A stretch of DNA of 64,000 nt from Heteronotia binoei (lineage: Eukaryota), in assembly GCF_032191835.1 (NCBI RefSeq), contig NC_083233.1:35278001-35342000 (forward strand), given 5' to 3'. The translations under genes and the position numbers were made by a program. The notes beneath the pieces were generated by a model. That model was given only the letters and a program-made list of their open reading frames with translations, ran no database searches and was not told the origin of the DNA. Positions 1 to 11,231 of this stretch are shown piece after piece (the first letter of the stretch is position 1; every line of letters begins with the position of its first letter).

Positions 1-1645
1 TTACACTTTCCAGGGCTGTGCTTTCTATCAAATATAAGTTCTGAAATTCAGACAATTTTTGAGGAGATCTGTATGGATGCAGGGGAGAAAAACTGGAACA
101 TTTCTCAAGAGACTTAAGGAAATTCCTAGCCAAAATATGGTTAGCAGATAAAATGTCACAGCCCAGTGGTTGACCGTCACCTCTACAGCAAAGAGCAGAA
201 ATGCACATTAGAAAGCAAACATGGGGCTCTCAAAACTGTGCGTGTCCTAGAAGACTAATATGGGGATAGTATGGTTTAAGGGAGACATCCTTCTTCCTGT
301 AAGTGATAAGCCAGGCCTTGCTAATTTGGATTTTCCTGCTCAAGGATGGGTGGGAAGGGAATGGTTCAGTGTGGGGGTAACCAGAAGAAGATGGAAAGTT
401 TGGGGGTAACCAGAAGGAGATGGAAAGTTTAAGCACCATCCTTCCCATCAATTCTTCTCTACAAATACTACGTCTTCCCCATGTTATCTTGGTATCCAAG
501 GGCCTGGGTATTTGTGTTGTTCCACTCAGATGTCCTAAAATATACCAAGTGGGCCCTCCCATATACCTTTAAACAGGAGTCTAATGGCATGAAAGACTCA
601 TAAAATTTTATTCCACCATAACCTTTTATGGACTAGAGACCACTTCATAATGGCTTTGCACTAGGGAGAGGTTTTATAAAAGAGGTCCAGGGGGATGCAA
701 TGGCTCCACACTAGGGAGATGTTTTATATAGGAGGTTTGGTGGGAAAAAATAAACAGCAGGCTCAAGGGGCTATGAAATTCAGGAAGCAAGGAGCCAGTC
801 TGCATGGCATCAAATGAAGTGAATTAGGTGTATGAGAGTTCCTGCTGGAATTTAAACAAAACTTTTTAGTCTTTAATATTGCCATTAGATTACTCTTTAT
901 CTCTATTGCAACTGACCATATAGCTGCCCTTCTGGGATTACTGTTGACTTTGCCTAGGATCTAGAAATCTCCCATCTACCAGCCCATTGCACAATTCCAG
1001 TAACAGCAGCTACAAAAGCAACTCAGGTGATGACAAAACCGCATTTTAATGATATCGCTTGTAAAATGCTCATCATCATGATATATGCAGGCACACTGGA
1101 AAGACTTGTATAGAGCAAGGCATTCTAGAAGTGTGTAAGATGTGCTATTCTAGACCTCTATCAGTGAGGACTGGGCCATCCAGTGCCTGGATAGAAGCAG
1201 ACATTTCCTTGACCACAACAATGTCCTCAAAGTCAGTGATTAACTTTTTCTCATAGGTGGGAATGCCAACAATTGACTTCTATGGGAGAAAGCTAAGAGT
1301 GTGCTTGGAGACATCAATGAGGAAGGGGGTGATGAGGTGACCTTTCCTTGGTTACCCCAGCCCATAAGCATCTACCTTGATCTTATCTGCATAGCTCATC
1401 CTCCTTATCTGCATAGCATCATTCCGAGTTCTGCTATTGGTCAGGCTAGAGTGTGATGGAATGTTGGAAGGAGTAGCTATTTTGTCTATCAAACTGCAAC
1501 ACATGATATGTCAGGAGTTGGAATTAACAACAGAATAAAAAGCCCAGCTTCTGTTATATCTTTAGAAATGCATTATTAAAATTCAAAGTCTGTTTTTGAC
1601 TTAGTGCTGTGAAGCAAAGAGAATGCAAAAGATCATTTAACTTTT

Positions 1646-1887
1646 GAAGAAGACGTAGATTTATACCCCACCTTTCTCTTTGAATCAGAGTCTCAGAGTG
1701 ACTTATCTCCTTTATCTTTTTCTCCCATGACAGACACCCTGTGGGGTACATAGGGCTAAAAGAGCTCTCACTGAAGCTACCCTTTCAAGGACAACGCTGC
1801 AGGAGCTATGGCTGACCCAAGCGGGGAATGAAACCTGGTTCTCCCAGATAAGAGTCCGCAGATTTAACCGCTACACCAAACTGGCTC
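1646..1887 (-). mobile_element. tRNA-derived squamate SINE copy
   Basis: Reverse complement begins gagccagtttggtgtagcggttaa...gactcttatctgggagaaccagg (A/B-box-like head), the same family as 18357-18633; ends in a (ttc)-rich tail. Confidence 0.75.
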
Positions 1888-2253
1888 AACTTGAGACTGA
1901 ATTAATGCTAATTATTCTAAAACTGCAGTGAGCATTCTATTTGGTAAGGATGCCACAAACCAAATCTAAAACAAGCTAGTCCACATAACTGAACACGCTC
2001 CCTGTATGTTTCTGCCTCTAGCCACAAGCAACAGTGGAGCACACATACATCAGGTAAGGGTGCAGGCCTGACTCAGTGCGTCATAACTTGATTGGCAGAC
2101 CTCCAAGTCCTAATAATAATAAGCAATTGGGTAAACTTGTCAATATTCAAACTGAAGTGAAATATATTAGTCCTCACAACAGTTGTAAGGTAGGTCATCA
2201 TGATTATCATCCCCAAACTGCAAAAAGGGGGACTGAGAATGAATAGGAGAGGA

Positions 2254-2488
2254 GAAGAGTTGGTTTTTATACCCTGCTTCTCTCTACCCTAAGGAGTCTC
2301 AAAGCAGCTCCTTTCCTTTTTCTCACCACAACTAGCAGCTTGCGAGTAAGGCAAGGCTGAGAGAGTTATTAGAGAACTGTGACAGGCCCAAGGTCACCCA
2401 GCAGGCTTCATGTGAAGGAGAGGGAAATCAAACCCAGTTCACCAGATTAGAGGCTACCGCTCTTAATCACGACATCTCGCTGGCTCTC
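2254..2488 (-). mobile_element. Related squamate SINE copy
   Basis: Shares the body (gtgaccttgggc...ctctcagcc) and tail (ggtataaaaaccaactcttc) with other SINE copies in the window. Confidence 0.6.
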
Positions 2489-2683
2489 CAGTATGTAGCT
2501 TGTCTAATTCTCTCATACAGCCACTGTAAGTAGAGTTATGCCCTGCTATGTCCATTGAAATCAATGGGCTTGGAAAGGTGTAATGTAGCGACACTGTGGT
2601 GCAACAAAGCCTCATTGTCTGTGCTACACACTAGCCACCTTCATCCTGATAGGTTCGTGTGATAGGAGCCCAAAATTGCATAC

Positions 2684-2856
2684 CTGCATTTTCCTCTTGA
2701 CAGTTTCAAAGGGGAAAGAAAGAGTCTGTGCAACGCCACCTGCCAAGCAACCATTGATGAAATTCTGTAATGGAGTGAAGCGGAGGCTGGGCTCACCCCA
2801 GATTTTATCCAGATGGGTGTAAACAAGAAGAGAGCCAGCAGAAAATGGAATAGCCC
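2684..2856 (-). CDS. SLC25A43: SLC25A43 mitochondrial carrier, coding exon 3 (173 nt)
   Basis: Encodes (G)AIPFSAGSLLVYTHLDKIW...TLSFPFETVKRKMQ with the carrier motif PxExxKxKxQ. Acceptor acag at 2860-2857, donor gtatgc from 2683; phase fits exon 2. Later exons were not found in 1-2683. Confidence 0.93.
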
Positions 2857-3352
2857 CTGTCCAAACAAAAGAAAAGCAAAACAGTTGTGATTTCAATAAG
2901 TCTTAAGAACATATCATACCGGGGCCAGATCAGAAGCCCTTCTAACTCATTCTGCTAACCATGCCAATCCATGCCTCAGAGATGTTTCCAAGCAAAGTAT
3001 GATGGGAATATCTGTCTCCTCTCATTAACTCCTAGCATTTGATATTCAAAGGAACATTCTATGGAAAACAGAGGTTGCACAAAACTTAGTGTGATCAATC
3101 CTTTGTATGTTCAGCATACCTAACATGACTAGGTATAGAATGGTGGCTAAGTGATCCAGGATGTTCAAGTCTCATCTTAGCCCCAAGTTTATTAGGTAGC
3201 CATAAGCAAGACATTTATTTTAAAAAGTAGTAAACTGATAACAGACAATTTTACAACTGAATTAGAGGGGGGAAAAAACCCTTACTGATTTCCCCCTCTG
3301 CCTGTTGTTATATTAAGTTTCATACTGTAGAAAAAAATTAAGACAATGATAC

Positions 3353-3594
3353 CTAATACAGATAAAGAAACTCCACGATAAAGTGCAACAACTCCCTCCT
3401 GATGGTAAATTAGGTACAGAGCATGAAGGATTCCCTTGTAGGGTGGCTTCAATCGGTCCTGCACAATGAGCCGTGTTTTTATGACCTCTGTTGGATAAGT
3501 TGCAACAGCTGCCACCATGCCAGCCAGGCTACCTGCCATGATTGAGCTCCACTGGGAGATGTGGCCCAAGTCATCCACAAACAGCATGACAAAC
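3353..3594 (-). CDS. SLC25A43: SLC25A43 coding exon 2 (242 nt)
   Basis: Encodes FVMLFVDDLGHISQWSSIMAGSLAGMV...YPTEVIKTRLIVQ...LYRGVSLSVLG. Acceptor ctag, donor gtatca; phase 2 in, phase 1 out. Confidence 0.95.
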
Positions 3595-4030
3595 CTAGTG
3601 CAAGATACAAGGGGAAAGTTACACTCATTAGATGCAATACAGAGAAGACCATTCTCCGCAACCTCTCCAAAATCAACAACTCCTTATACAGGTGCATTCT
3701 CTGCTGTGGGTCCCACCTTATGGAATGGCTCGCATAGGAAGGCTCCCACTCTCCTGGCATTCTGCAAACTATGCAAAAACAAATTATTCAAGAGCGCTTT
3801 CTTACACAGGTACTAGGGCTGTACTATAACAGAACGGCTGTAACAGAACAACTCAGAAAGGATGCCTGCCTAAAGGGTCAGGGACTGTTGACTATACTGT
3901 CTGTTAAGTGGGATCCTACTTTGTAAATTTTGCATCATGCGGTCCATCGTACTAATACTTATGCTTTATTTCAGCCCTGTTCCAGATTTCTGCAGTCCAA
4001 ACCCTACTGCATTGTCTATTGGACATATGG

Positions 4031-4238
4031 ACATATGAAGCTGCCTTATACTGAATCAGACCCTTGGTCAATCAAAGTCAGTATTGTCTACTCAGACTGG
4101 CAGCGGCACTCCAGGGTCTCAAGCTGAGGTTTTTCACACCTGTTTGCCTGGACCCTTTTTTTGGAGATGCCAGGGATTGAACCTGGGACCTTCTGTTTAC
4201 CAAGCAGATGCTCTACCACTGAGCAACCGTCCCTCCCC
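4031..4238 (-). mobile_element. tRNA-headed SINE with CR1-like tail
   Basis: Reverse complement ggggagggacggttgctcagtggtagagcatctgcttggtaaacagaaggtcccaggttcaatccc carries A and B boxes; the body ends in tcagtataaggcagcttcatatg. Confidence 0.7.
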
Positions 4239-6227
4239 TTTATGACTTTATGAACTTATTGTATGTAATCTGCCCTGTGTCCCAGTAAGAAAAGCAGACT
4301 ATAAACAACACAAGTGAACAACAGCATTTCAGCCACAAACAGACCCTCAATATACTGTCCATGGTGAAGTAACCACCAATGACATCTATTAAATCCAACA
4401 GTGTTAGCAAACACCTGAAAGCCTGACATTCTCTCTGCTCCCTGAATGCCTTTTGCATAAACATCCTAAGAGCATTAAAAGACCTTTCTTCACAAACATG
4501 AGAAATGTGCTTGATGCTGTGTATGTTTACTCATAAGAAAGTCCCACAGGAGCATACTCTTAGAAAAGTATACACAGGACCGCAGTTTTATAGTACACAA
4601 TCCTATACATTTTTACCCAAATGCAAAGCAGGGGGGATTCTATGGCATTTGTATACTAGTAGGTATGCACAGCACTGAGCACCACTATCCTATGCAGATT
4701 TACTTAGGAATGTCCCTCCATAGTCAATGGGACCTACTCACAAATAATTTGCATTGGTCAGCAATACAGGGCAATCTGATGCAGACTACAGTTACTTCCA
4801 TTGTTTTCAATGGGCTTAAACTGGAGTAACTCTACTCAGGATTGCACTGTTAAAGTCCTTGAACTCAAAGGAACTTTCAAGGCCATCTAGCCCAACCCTC
4901 CTACTCAATGGAGGAAATCCCAAGCTTAATGCCAGCAAGACCTCTGCTTGAAAACTTCCAATAAAAGAGACTCTCTCCCGGCCCCTCCAACAATCAGTTC
5001 TGCTGGCCACTTCTCGTGCCATCAGGAGTTTCTCCTTGATTCCTATTGATATCATTTTTGGCAGTACACCAAAAGTGATGCTAAACCAACAACATAAACA
5101 AGGCAAACAAAAAGGGATTTTTTAAAAAAATGCAGGATTTTTTTTTCTTCAGTGGATATTGCAGCTTTGATTAATGATAGTTCCTTCTTTGAATCCGAAA
5201 GTAGGAAGGCTTTTCCTCCTAAATGACTTGTCTATGTGAGAAGGCCATCCAATGGAGAAATCTTATGTTCCAGCCACATAAACAAGGTCAGATAAAACTG
5301 CACTTCAGTTACTTCCCCTCCCCCTGGAAAGCTATGTTTGGGTCTCACCACTGGCCCAAAGACAGAACATCTTCAACCAGCTCTATGATTCAAAGTTTCA
5401 ACTTCCACATTTTGCCATGAAACAGTTTGTACTTTAAAGAATGTGTGTTGTGGAGTGTGGGGAAAAGAAAAGGGAAGGACTATCCAGCTGCTCCATCTTT
5501 GTGGGGGAAAAAGACAATGCTCAAACTTTTCTCCCTTCAGACACTTTAATTTATTTGGAATTTTTTCTCAATAAGACCAAAGCTGTGTCTTTCTTTACAT
5601 TTTCTGAATATGAGGGATGCACAGCTAATACACATTTGTACAAAACTATCACAGTCAATATCTCTTGAATTTCACAGCCTTTTTACCTCATTGTTTAGCA
5701 TTTTGTTCTCCCCTCCCATCTGCCAACTGAAAACACAGATCTGAGGTCCATGTGTTGATATTTACATTCCATAGGACTGCCATTGGTTTCCTTAATGGTT
5801 AATCATCATTAATTTAAGAATGAAAAAAATAATCTACATATGTACTTGCCACACTGTTAGTGATCCCTACGCTGCACTAACACTCATGGGGGGGATCTGG
5901 ATAAAATGGATTAGAAGAGCATCTTTTGAATGTCCCTCTCTTCTCTGTCCATCTCTTTTTTGGCTGATATTTGAAAGCTCAAATAAATCAATCTTTAAAC
6001 AAAGTTAAAACATCCAAAAGTAAAAGTAAAGTAGAAACAACTATAGTTACAGGCACCAAAGTTTTTTGGAAGGCAGCAACAATGAACCCACAAATTATAA
6101 GAGAGTATAATAATAATTTATTTATTTATTTATTTATTTATAATTTTTTTAATTTATACCCCGCCCTCCCCGCCGAGGCAGGCTCAGGGTGGCTTACAGG
6201 ACATGGCAAAAGCCATGTAAAAACAAT

Positions 6228-6378
6228 AAGTGTATGACTCTTATCTAGGAGAACCGGTTTTGATTCCCCACTCCTCCACTTACAGCTGCTGGAATGGCCT
6301 TGGGTCAGACATAGCTATCGCAGGAGTTGGCAGCTTCTGGGAGAGCCCTCTCAGCCCCACCCACCTCACAGGGTGTCT
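6228..6378 (+). mobile_element. Truncated tRNA-derived SINE in SLC25A43 intron 1, next to an (tatt)n LINE-tail fragment at about 6112-6200
   Basis: gactcttatctaggagaaccggttttgattccccactcctccac...cacagggtgtct matches the family copies at 18.4, 27.1 and 52.0 kb. Confidence 0.75.
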
Positions 6379-6379
6379 C

Positions 6380-7450
6380 TCTGTGCCACACCATTGGCTG
6401 GCGATGTTCACCAGCCGCGCCAACAACATTGCCCCCGCAGTGCCCCCCATTTACCTGCGGTAGGAGGCGAGTTGCAGGACGCTGTAGGGCAAGAGACGCA
6501 AGCAGGCCGTGAGGTTGCCCTTCCAAAGGGCCCCGACGCCTTCGGCCTGGCAGAGGCTGCGCCCCGTCTGCCAGAGCCCCTGTCCTCGGGAGTGGCGAGC
6601 GCCCACTTGGGCCAGGACGGTGAGCACCTCCAGCGGCGCCGTCACGCTGAGGCTCATGGCCCCGGCCGCTCCGGCGCAGCTGAAGCGCTGCAGCGCGGTT
6701 AGCCGGCTGTCCCGCTTCCAGGTCGCCATGGCACCGCGACGGCGGCCGCACCATGCCAGCCGCGGCCCGGGCGACTAGCATAGAAGGAGCACGGCGCTGC
6801 ACACCGGCCCCAGCCCAGCCCAGCCCCTGGGAGCTAAGCGCCGCGCTGCGCAAGGCCGTGGGAGGCGGGGCACGCAGGCCGGCCCGGGCAAGGAGAGGCG
6901 GCCGGGGAGTGGCATGGCAATTGCTGGATGTCTTCCAAAGAGCAAAACAGCTGACGAGGAGCGCTTCGCAGAAACAAGCTCTCAAGCTGGGGCAGGCCAA
7001 GTCTGTAGGAAAACTGAAGAGCGGCGTGCCAGAGGCCCTGCAGCCCCCCGCGCACGAGGCTGGCTGGTGGCAGGAGTGTAGGGGCTCCGGGGTACGCGTG
7101 GCACCGCCTTTTCCTGCCCTGGACACCAGCCACCTGCTCGATTGTGTCGTCCCCTGGCGGGGTCCCTTCTTCCCCTCACGGTGGCTCCGAGGAGCGAAGT
7201 GTGCCATTTTTTAGACAAGCCTTTTAGCTGGCCTGACAGTGGTAGCTCTGATCCAAAAGGAGCGGGAAAGGGTCGCTGGAGCCCTTTGGGCTCATCCGCA
7301 AGAGCGCCTGGAGGAGGCAGCAAAATGCCTGTTTCTGGCGCTGGGACTGACTCACTGCCTCCAGGCACTCACTGGAAGAGCTGCCCAGCATTGCTACTTG
7401 GAGGCGGGGCCTCCTGGCTGGCAAGGACACCAGTTCTTCCAACTTGATGA
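6380..7450. promoter_or_regulatory. CpG island / promoter of SLC25A43
   Basis: Visibly GC- and CpG-rich stretch spanning exon 1, with GC boxes (gggaggcgggg at about 6861). Boundaries approximate. Confidence 0.75.
6455..6729 (-). CDS. SLC25A43: SLC25A43 coding exon 1 (275 nt)
   Basis: MATWKRDSRLTALQRFSCAGAAG...TAPLEVLTVLAQVG...LWKGNLTACLRLLPYSVLQLASYR matches the SLC25A43 N-terminus as I recall it. Kozak gccATGG; donor CAG|gtaaat at 6454. Confidence 0.95.
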
Positions 7451-8967
7451 CTGCGTTGCGCACACATATTTCCCCACGGTTGTTTCTGGTCAAACGGGTT
7501 TTGCTGTTTTAAAAAAGCAAAACCCTGCAAACGCTTTTTACCAAAGTGGATGAGGGGTCCACGCTTGGAACAGCAATCTCTTCTTTCAGGCCACCTTCAA
7601 ATACTGCCTACAGTAGACATTCTTACAACATTATAAGGTAGATTAGCATTATTATCCCAGTATTGCAAAGCCGGGGGAAGGGGGAGAGATTGAGGCTTGT
7701 TTTAGACTGCTGTCCTCCGACAGATGAAATTTAAACACCAGAATTCCTGGTTTAGAACATCAGGGGGCATTCTCTTAGCAGCACAATACAATGGCTGGAT
7801 CATATGTCAAAGTTCTCATCAAGAATTGCAAGTGTACTGTACTACCTTATTCTGTATGCAGGAACTCACATGACTGACAGCTTCACTATACAAAACAAAT
7901 CCATCTACATAGAAGATTTCAAGACTAGTTGGCCTAGTTTATGAGTGCAATCATGTGCATACTTATTCCACTGTAAGCCAACCAAAATCAATGGACTGGG
8001 ACAGGAGCGATTCACCATAGCAATTCACCATAGGAACAATGCACTATTCTCCACAATGTGCTTGGTTTGTCTGTGAGGGGATTTTTAAAAAAAATCGGGA
8101 ACATGCAACCATATGAGTCTCCACCTGCAAATGAAAGTAGTTCACCCAGACACAGGTTTACCACCACAGTGAGAACTAGGCATGTCTCTCTAAGAAAAAT
8201 TATCCTTGATGGTTGCATGATCTGTCTGGTTCAGAGGTAGCACAAGATATTACAAGGGGAAACAATGCAGGGGCATGAACATTACTTTCCCCTCCTGTTT
8301 CCACATGTATCTCACTGGCTGAGACCAGTGACTGATAGGCCTTGGTTTGATCCCGCAAGACTTATTTTACCTGCTAAAAGCACTAGAGGGAAAAAAAGTA
8401 TGGCTTTTCAGCACCTTCCCATAGACAGAAAAAGCTGCAAGAGTGTGGGTAGCAAAGTGCCCAGAGCACTGGAAAGCAGGAACAATTAGGGGTAGTATCT
8501 CAATTTGCAGCAGTTTACCCCTGCTAGAGCTTCAGCAGTAAAATATTTTGCTTTTGCAGTGGCTCCAGTTCAATGCCTCTGCACTTCTTACAGAAATGAA
8601 TGACTTGATTGCTGATAACACAACAAAGAGTCTTGTGGCATCTTAAACATATTTTTCATTAACAAGCTTTTTTTTTCAGCTCAAGCCCACTTTGTGAGAT
8701 ACTGCATAAATGTTCAGTTAACAGAAATATATACACAAGGACATAAACTGGGAAGGCGGGGGGTGGGGGGTGGAGAGCAGGGGAAGCATTCCGAGCAGAG
8801 GCTACAAGGACCCATAGATGTAAAATGGTGCAGCAGTGTGTGAAGTTGAAAAAGGACACAGCTGTGCTACTTTGTAGACCACAGTTTAAAACAATCTGAT
8901 GAAAAGAGTAAACAGTCAAATCAGCATGAGTGTGGATTACCCGCAATCTCTGATGAATTGCCAAATT

Positions 8968-9280
8968 CAGGGGTGGCCAAACTGTGGCTCAGGAGCCACA
9001 TGTGGCTCTTTTACACATATTCTGTGGCTCTTGAAGCTCTCACCACCTCATTGGCCAGCTTAGAGAAGCCATTTCTCTCTTTAAATCACTTCTCCAAGCC
9101 AAGCTAGCCAGCAGCTTGGAGAATGCATTTAAAGTTAAAGTTGTTTTCTTTTCACTTCCCCTTTCCCATCTATTTCTCTTCCTTCCTGCTCTCAAACATC
9201 GACATTCATGCCTTGCAGCTCTCAACCATCTGACATTTATTCTATTTGCCTCTTACATTAAGCAAGTTTGGTCACCCTTT
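8968..9280 (+). mobile_element. Non-autonomous hAT (Buster/Charlie-like) MITE
   Basis: Left TIR caggggtggccaaact, degenerate right TIR agtttggtcaccctt; same family as 16248-16611 and 55777-56089. Confidence 0.75.
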
Positions 9281-11039
9281 GTGTAGGCCATACTAGAGGT
9301 GCTATAATTATTTCATAAATGGGAACAATTTACAGTATAGAAAAGGGAATTGTTTCACAAAAAGAGAATTAAACAGAGTCTATATAACCTGCCTCCAGTA
9401 TTAAAATCCCTTGCTATATTCAGGAAAAGGTTAAACTCAAATCAGAAGAGGATTGCTTCCAAATCCGTGATTTTGAACAGGGAATCTGCTTCCAGATATT
9501 AATACTCAATAACCTTTAAGGCAGTCTAGCTTTAATCTGCTGATGATGTTAGTATTTAGCATTACATAATATGAACATAATTGTATTTTTATCCAAACAT
9601 ATCCTAAGCATTGGTTTAGCAGCTGAATCTACTGAATATTGCCCTGTTCCTTCCAGTAAGGTGGTATACAGGGAAAGCTTGAGACTTGGTAAGTCTCTGG
9701 TTCAGCATTCTCAGGACTATTGAAAAGGACAGTCTTTAACAAAGCCACTGCTTCTGAACCTTGTAACTCAAAAATATGCATGATGATATTGACCTGTCTT
9801 ACAGGATTGTTGTAAATATGACTTATATTGCTTTGAATATTTTGAAGTCTTAACTTCTGAATTTCTCCCTTGATTTGTTGAGACATAGCAACTGAAACTT
9901 GTATTATGTGCCATTATACCTGTATATCAAAATGAGTGCCCCAGCAGCACTAACTGTCATCCATCCATCCATGTGCAGGGAATCCATACAGGAGTAATCA
10001 GATATGGTATAACTGTTGATGTCATCAGTTATTATAATTGTTATTACTGCTATTTATTGATGTTTTATTGCAGTTTAATGTTTGGGTTGAAGTTTTATGT
10101 GTTCATTATTTGTTGTAACCTGCCCTGAACCTGTTTGCAGGGTAGAAGTCCAATGGTAAATAAATAAGAACATTAAAAGCCAACCATTAATTTGAAAACA
10201 TTCAACAGTTTATCAGTTTCATCTTTTGAAGACCTACAGTTTCTGTGCTAAGTCATGTTGCTTGACACACTGAAACAACTGAGATTTCTAGTATCAAAAA
10301 CTGATTCCTACCACCAAAAACATTTCCTACCACAATATTCAGAGTAAAAACAAAAAGGATGCTTATGGCACCCTAACAACTCATAGGTCAGTCCTATGTA
10401 GAATTACTCTAATCTGCATCCATTGATTTTGGTTGTGCATAGGACTGCAGGATTGTTGACAGTGGCAGAAACTCTTGTGGCAGAGCCTGCTTTAACATGT
10501 ATGAAATATGCCTTCAGCGGGCAATCTCATGTAAAACAGTTTTTCACATTATTTTTGTTTTATTGGATTTTCAGTAATGGATATTACAAAACCAATTCAG
10601 CATTAAAATAATTCAAAGAGAATTCTGCCGTGTTTGATTGCTCCTTTCTGCAAAGCAAACTGAAAAACAGCCCTCTTTACCCTTACAAATAATTATTTGC
10701 ACATCTGGAAGAAAGATCCTCTAGCGAATGTATCGTATTTCAGTTTCCAGAATCACTAGGCACGGGATGGAAAAAAGATGCAGAAAATCACTTAAAGAAG
10801 CAACAGAATAGAGCTGCATTTAACATGGGAGCAGGTCCCGCTTAACACAGTGGGGCTGACTTCCGAGTAAAAGACAGCGGGGGCGGGTGCAGCCCTAAAC
10901 ACTCACAAGGGTCCATAAGTGAGACTTCCCTCTGAGTAAACACGCTCTAGGATCCCGGCTGCTCAACCCGGCTCGCTTACTTAGGACTAAATCCCCTGGA
11001 CTCCTCTGAGATTTACTTCTGAGTAAACACGCCTGAGGG

Positions 11040-11231
11040 ACTAGGCTAGAAAGGAGAGACGGAAAAGGAAGGAAAACCCTGGAAACAGGCGCGAAGCAGA
11101 AAAGGCAGGCCGGAGGGTCCCGCAACGGCTCCGCGGTCGGAAGCGGCTGAGTCTGCCGTGCTCCGCCCCGGGGAGGCCGGACCAGGAAGCGTGTGTGGCC
11201 GGCGGGGGCTGCTGGAGCCGCGGCCTGAACG
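11040..11231 (+). promoter_or_regulatory. AKAP17B: CpG-island promoter and non-coding first exon of AKAP17B
   Basis: CpG-rich 10870-11460 with an ETS-like cggaag and a consensus donor AACG|gtaaga at 11231/11232. The next acceptor is ttctaaag at 15164, 13 nt before the ATG. TSS approximate. Confidence 0.65.

Noticed and set aside
372-430. Two-copy tandem duplication of about 29 bp (similar short duplications at about 13315-13358 and 19253-19283)
   Set aside because: Ordinary slippage duplications in introns, with no further structure.
1-2683. Searched for SLC25A43 exons 4-5 (expected AQSP...GLWNG...)
   Set aside because: No matching minus-strand sequence found; they probably lie left of the window.
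4150-4238. Possible tRNA gene
   Set aside because: A and B boxes are present but there is no closing acceptor stem, and it continues into a SINE body found elsewhere (53.7-54.2 kb).
6305-7553. Stack of overlapping 90-300-aa ORFs on both strands around SLC25A43 exon 1, including a plus-strand frame 6753-7553 broken by a single stop
   Set aside because: Low-complexity Ala/Arg/Gly/Pro-rich translations are expected in a CpG island, and I recognised no domain; only 6455-6729 is supported as coding.
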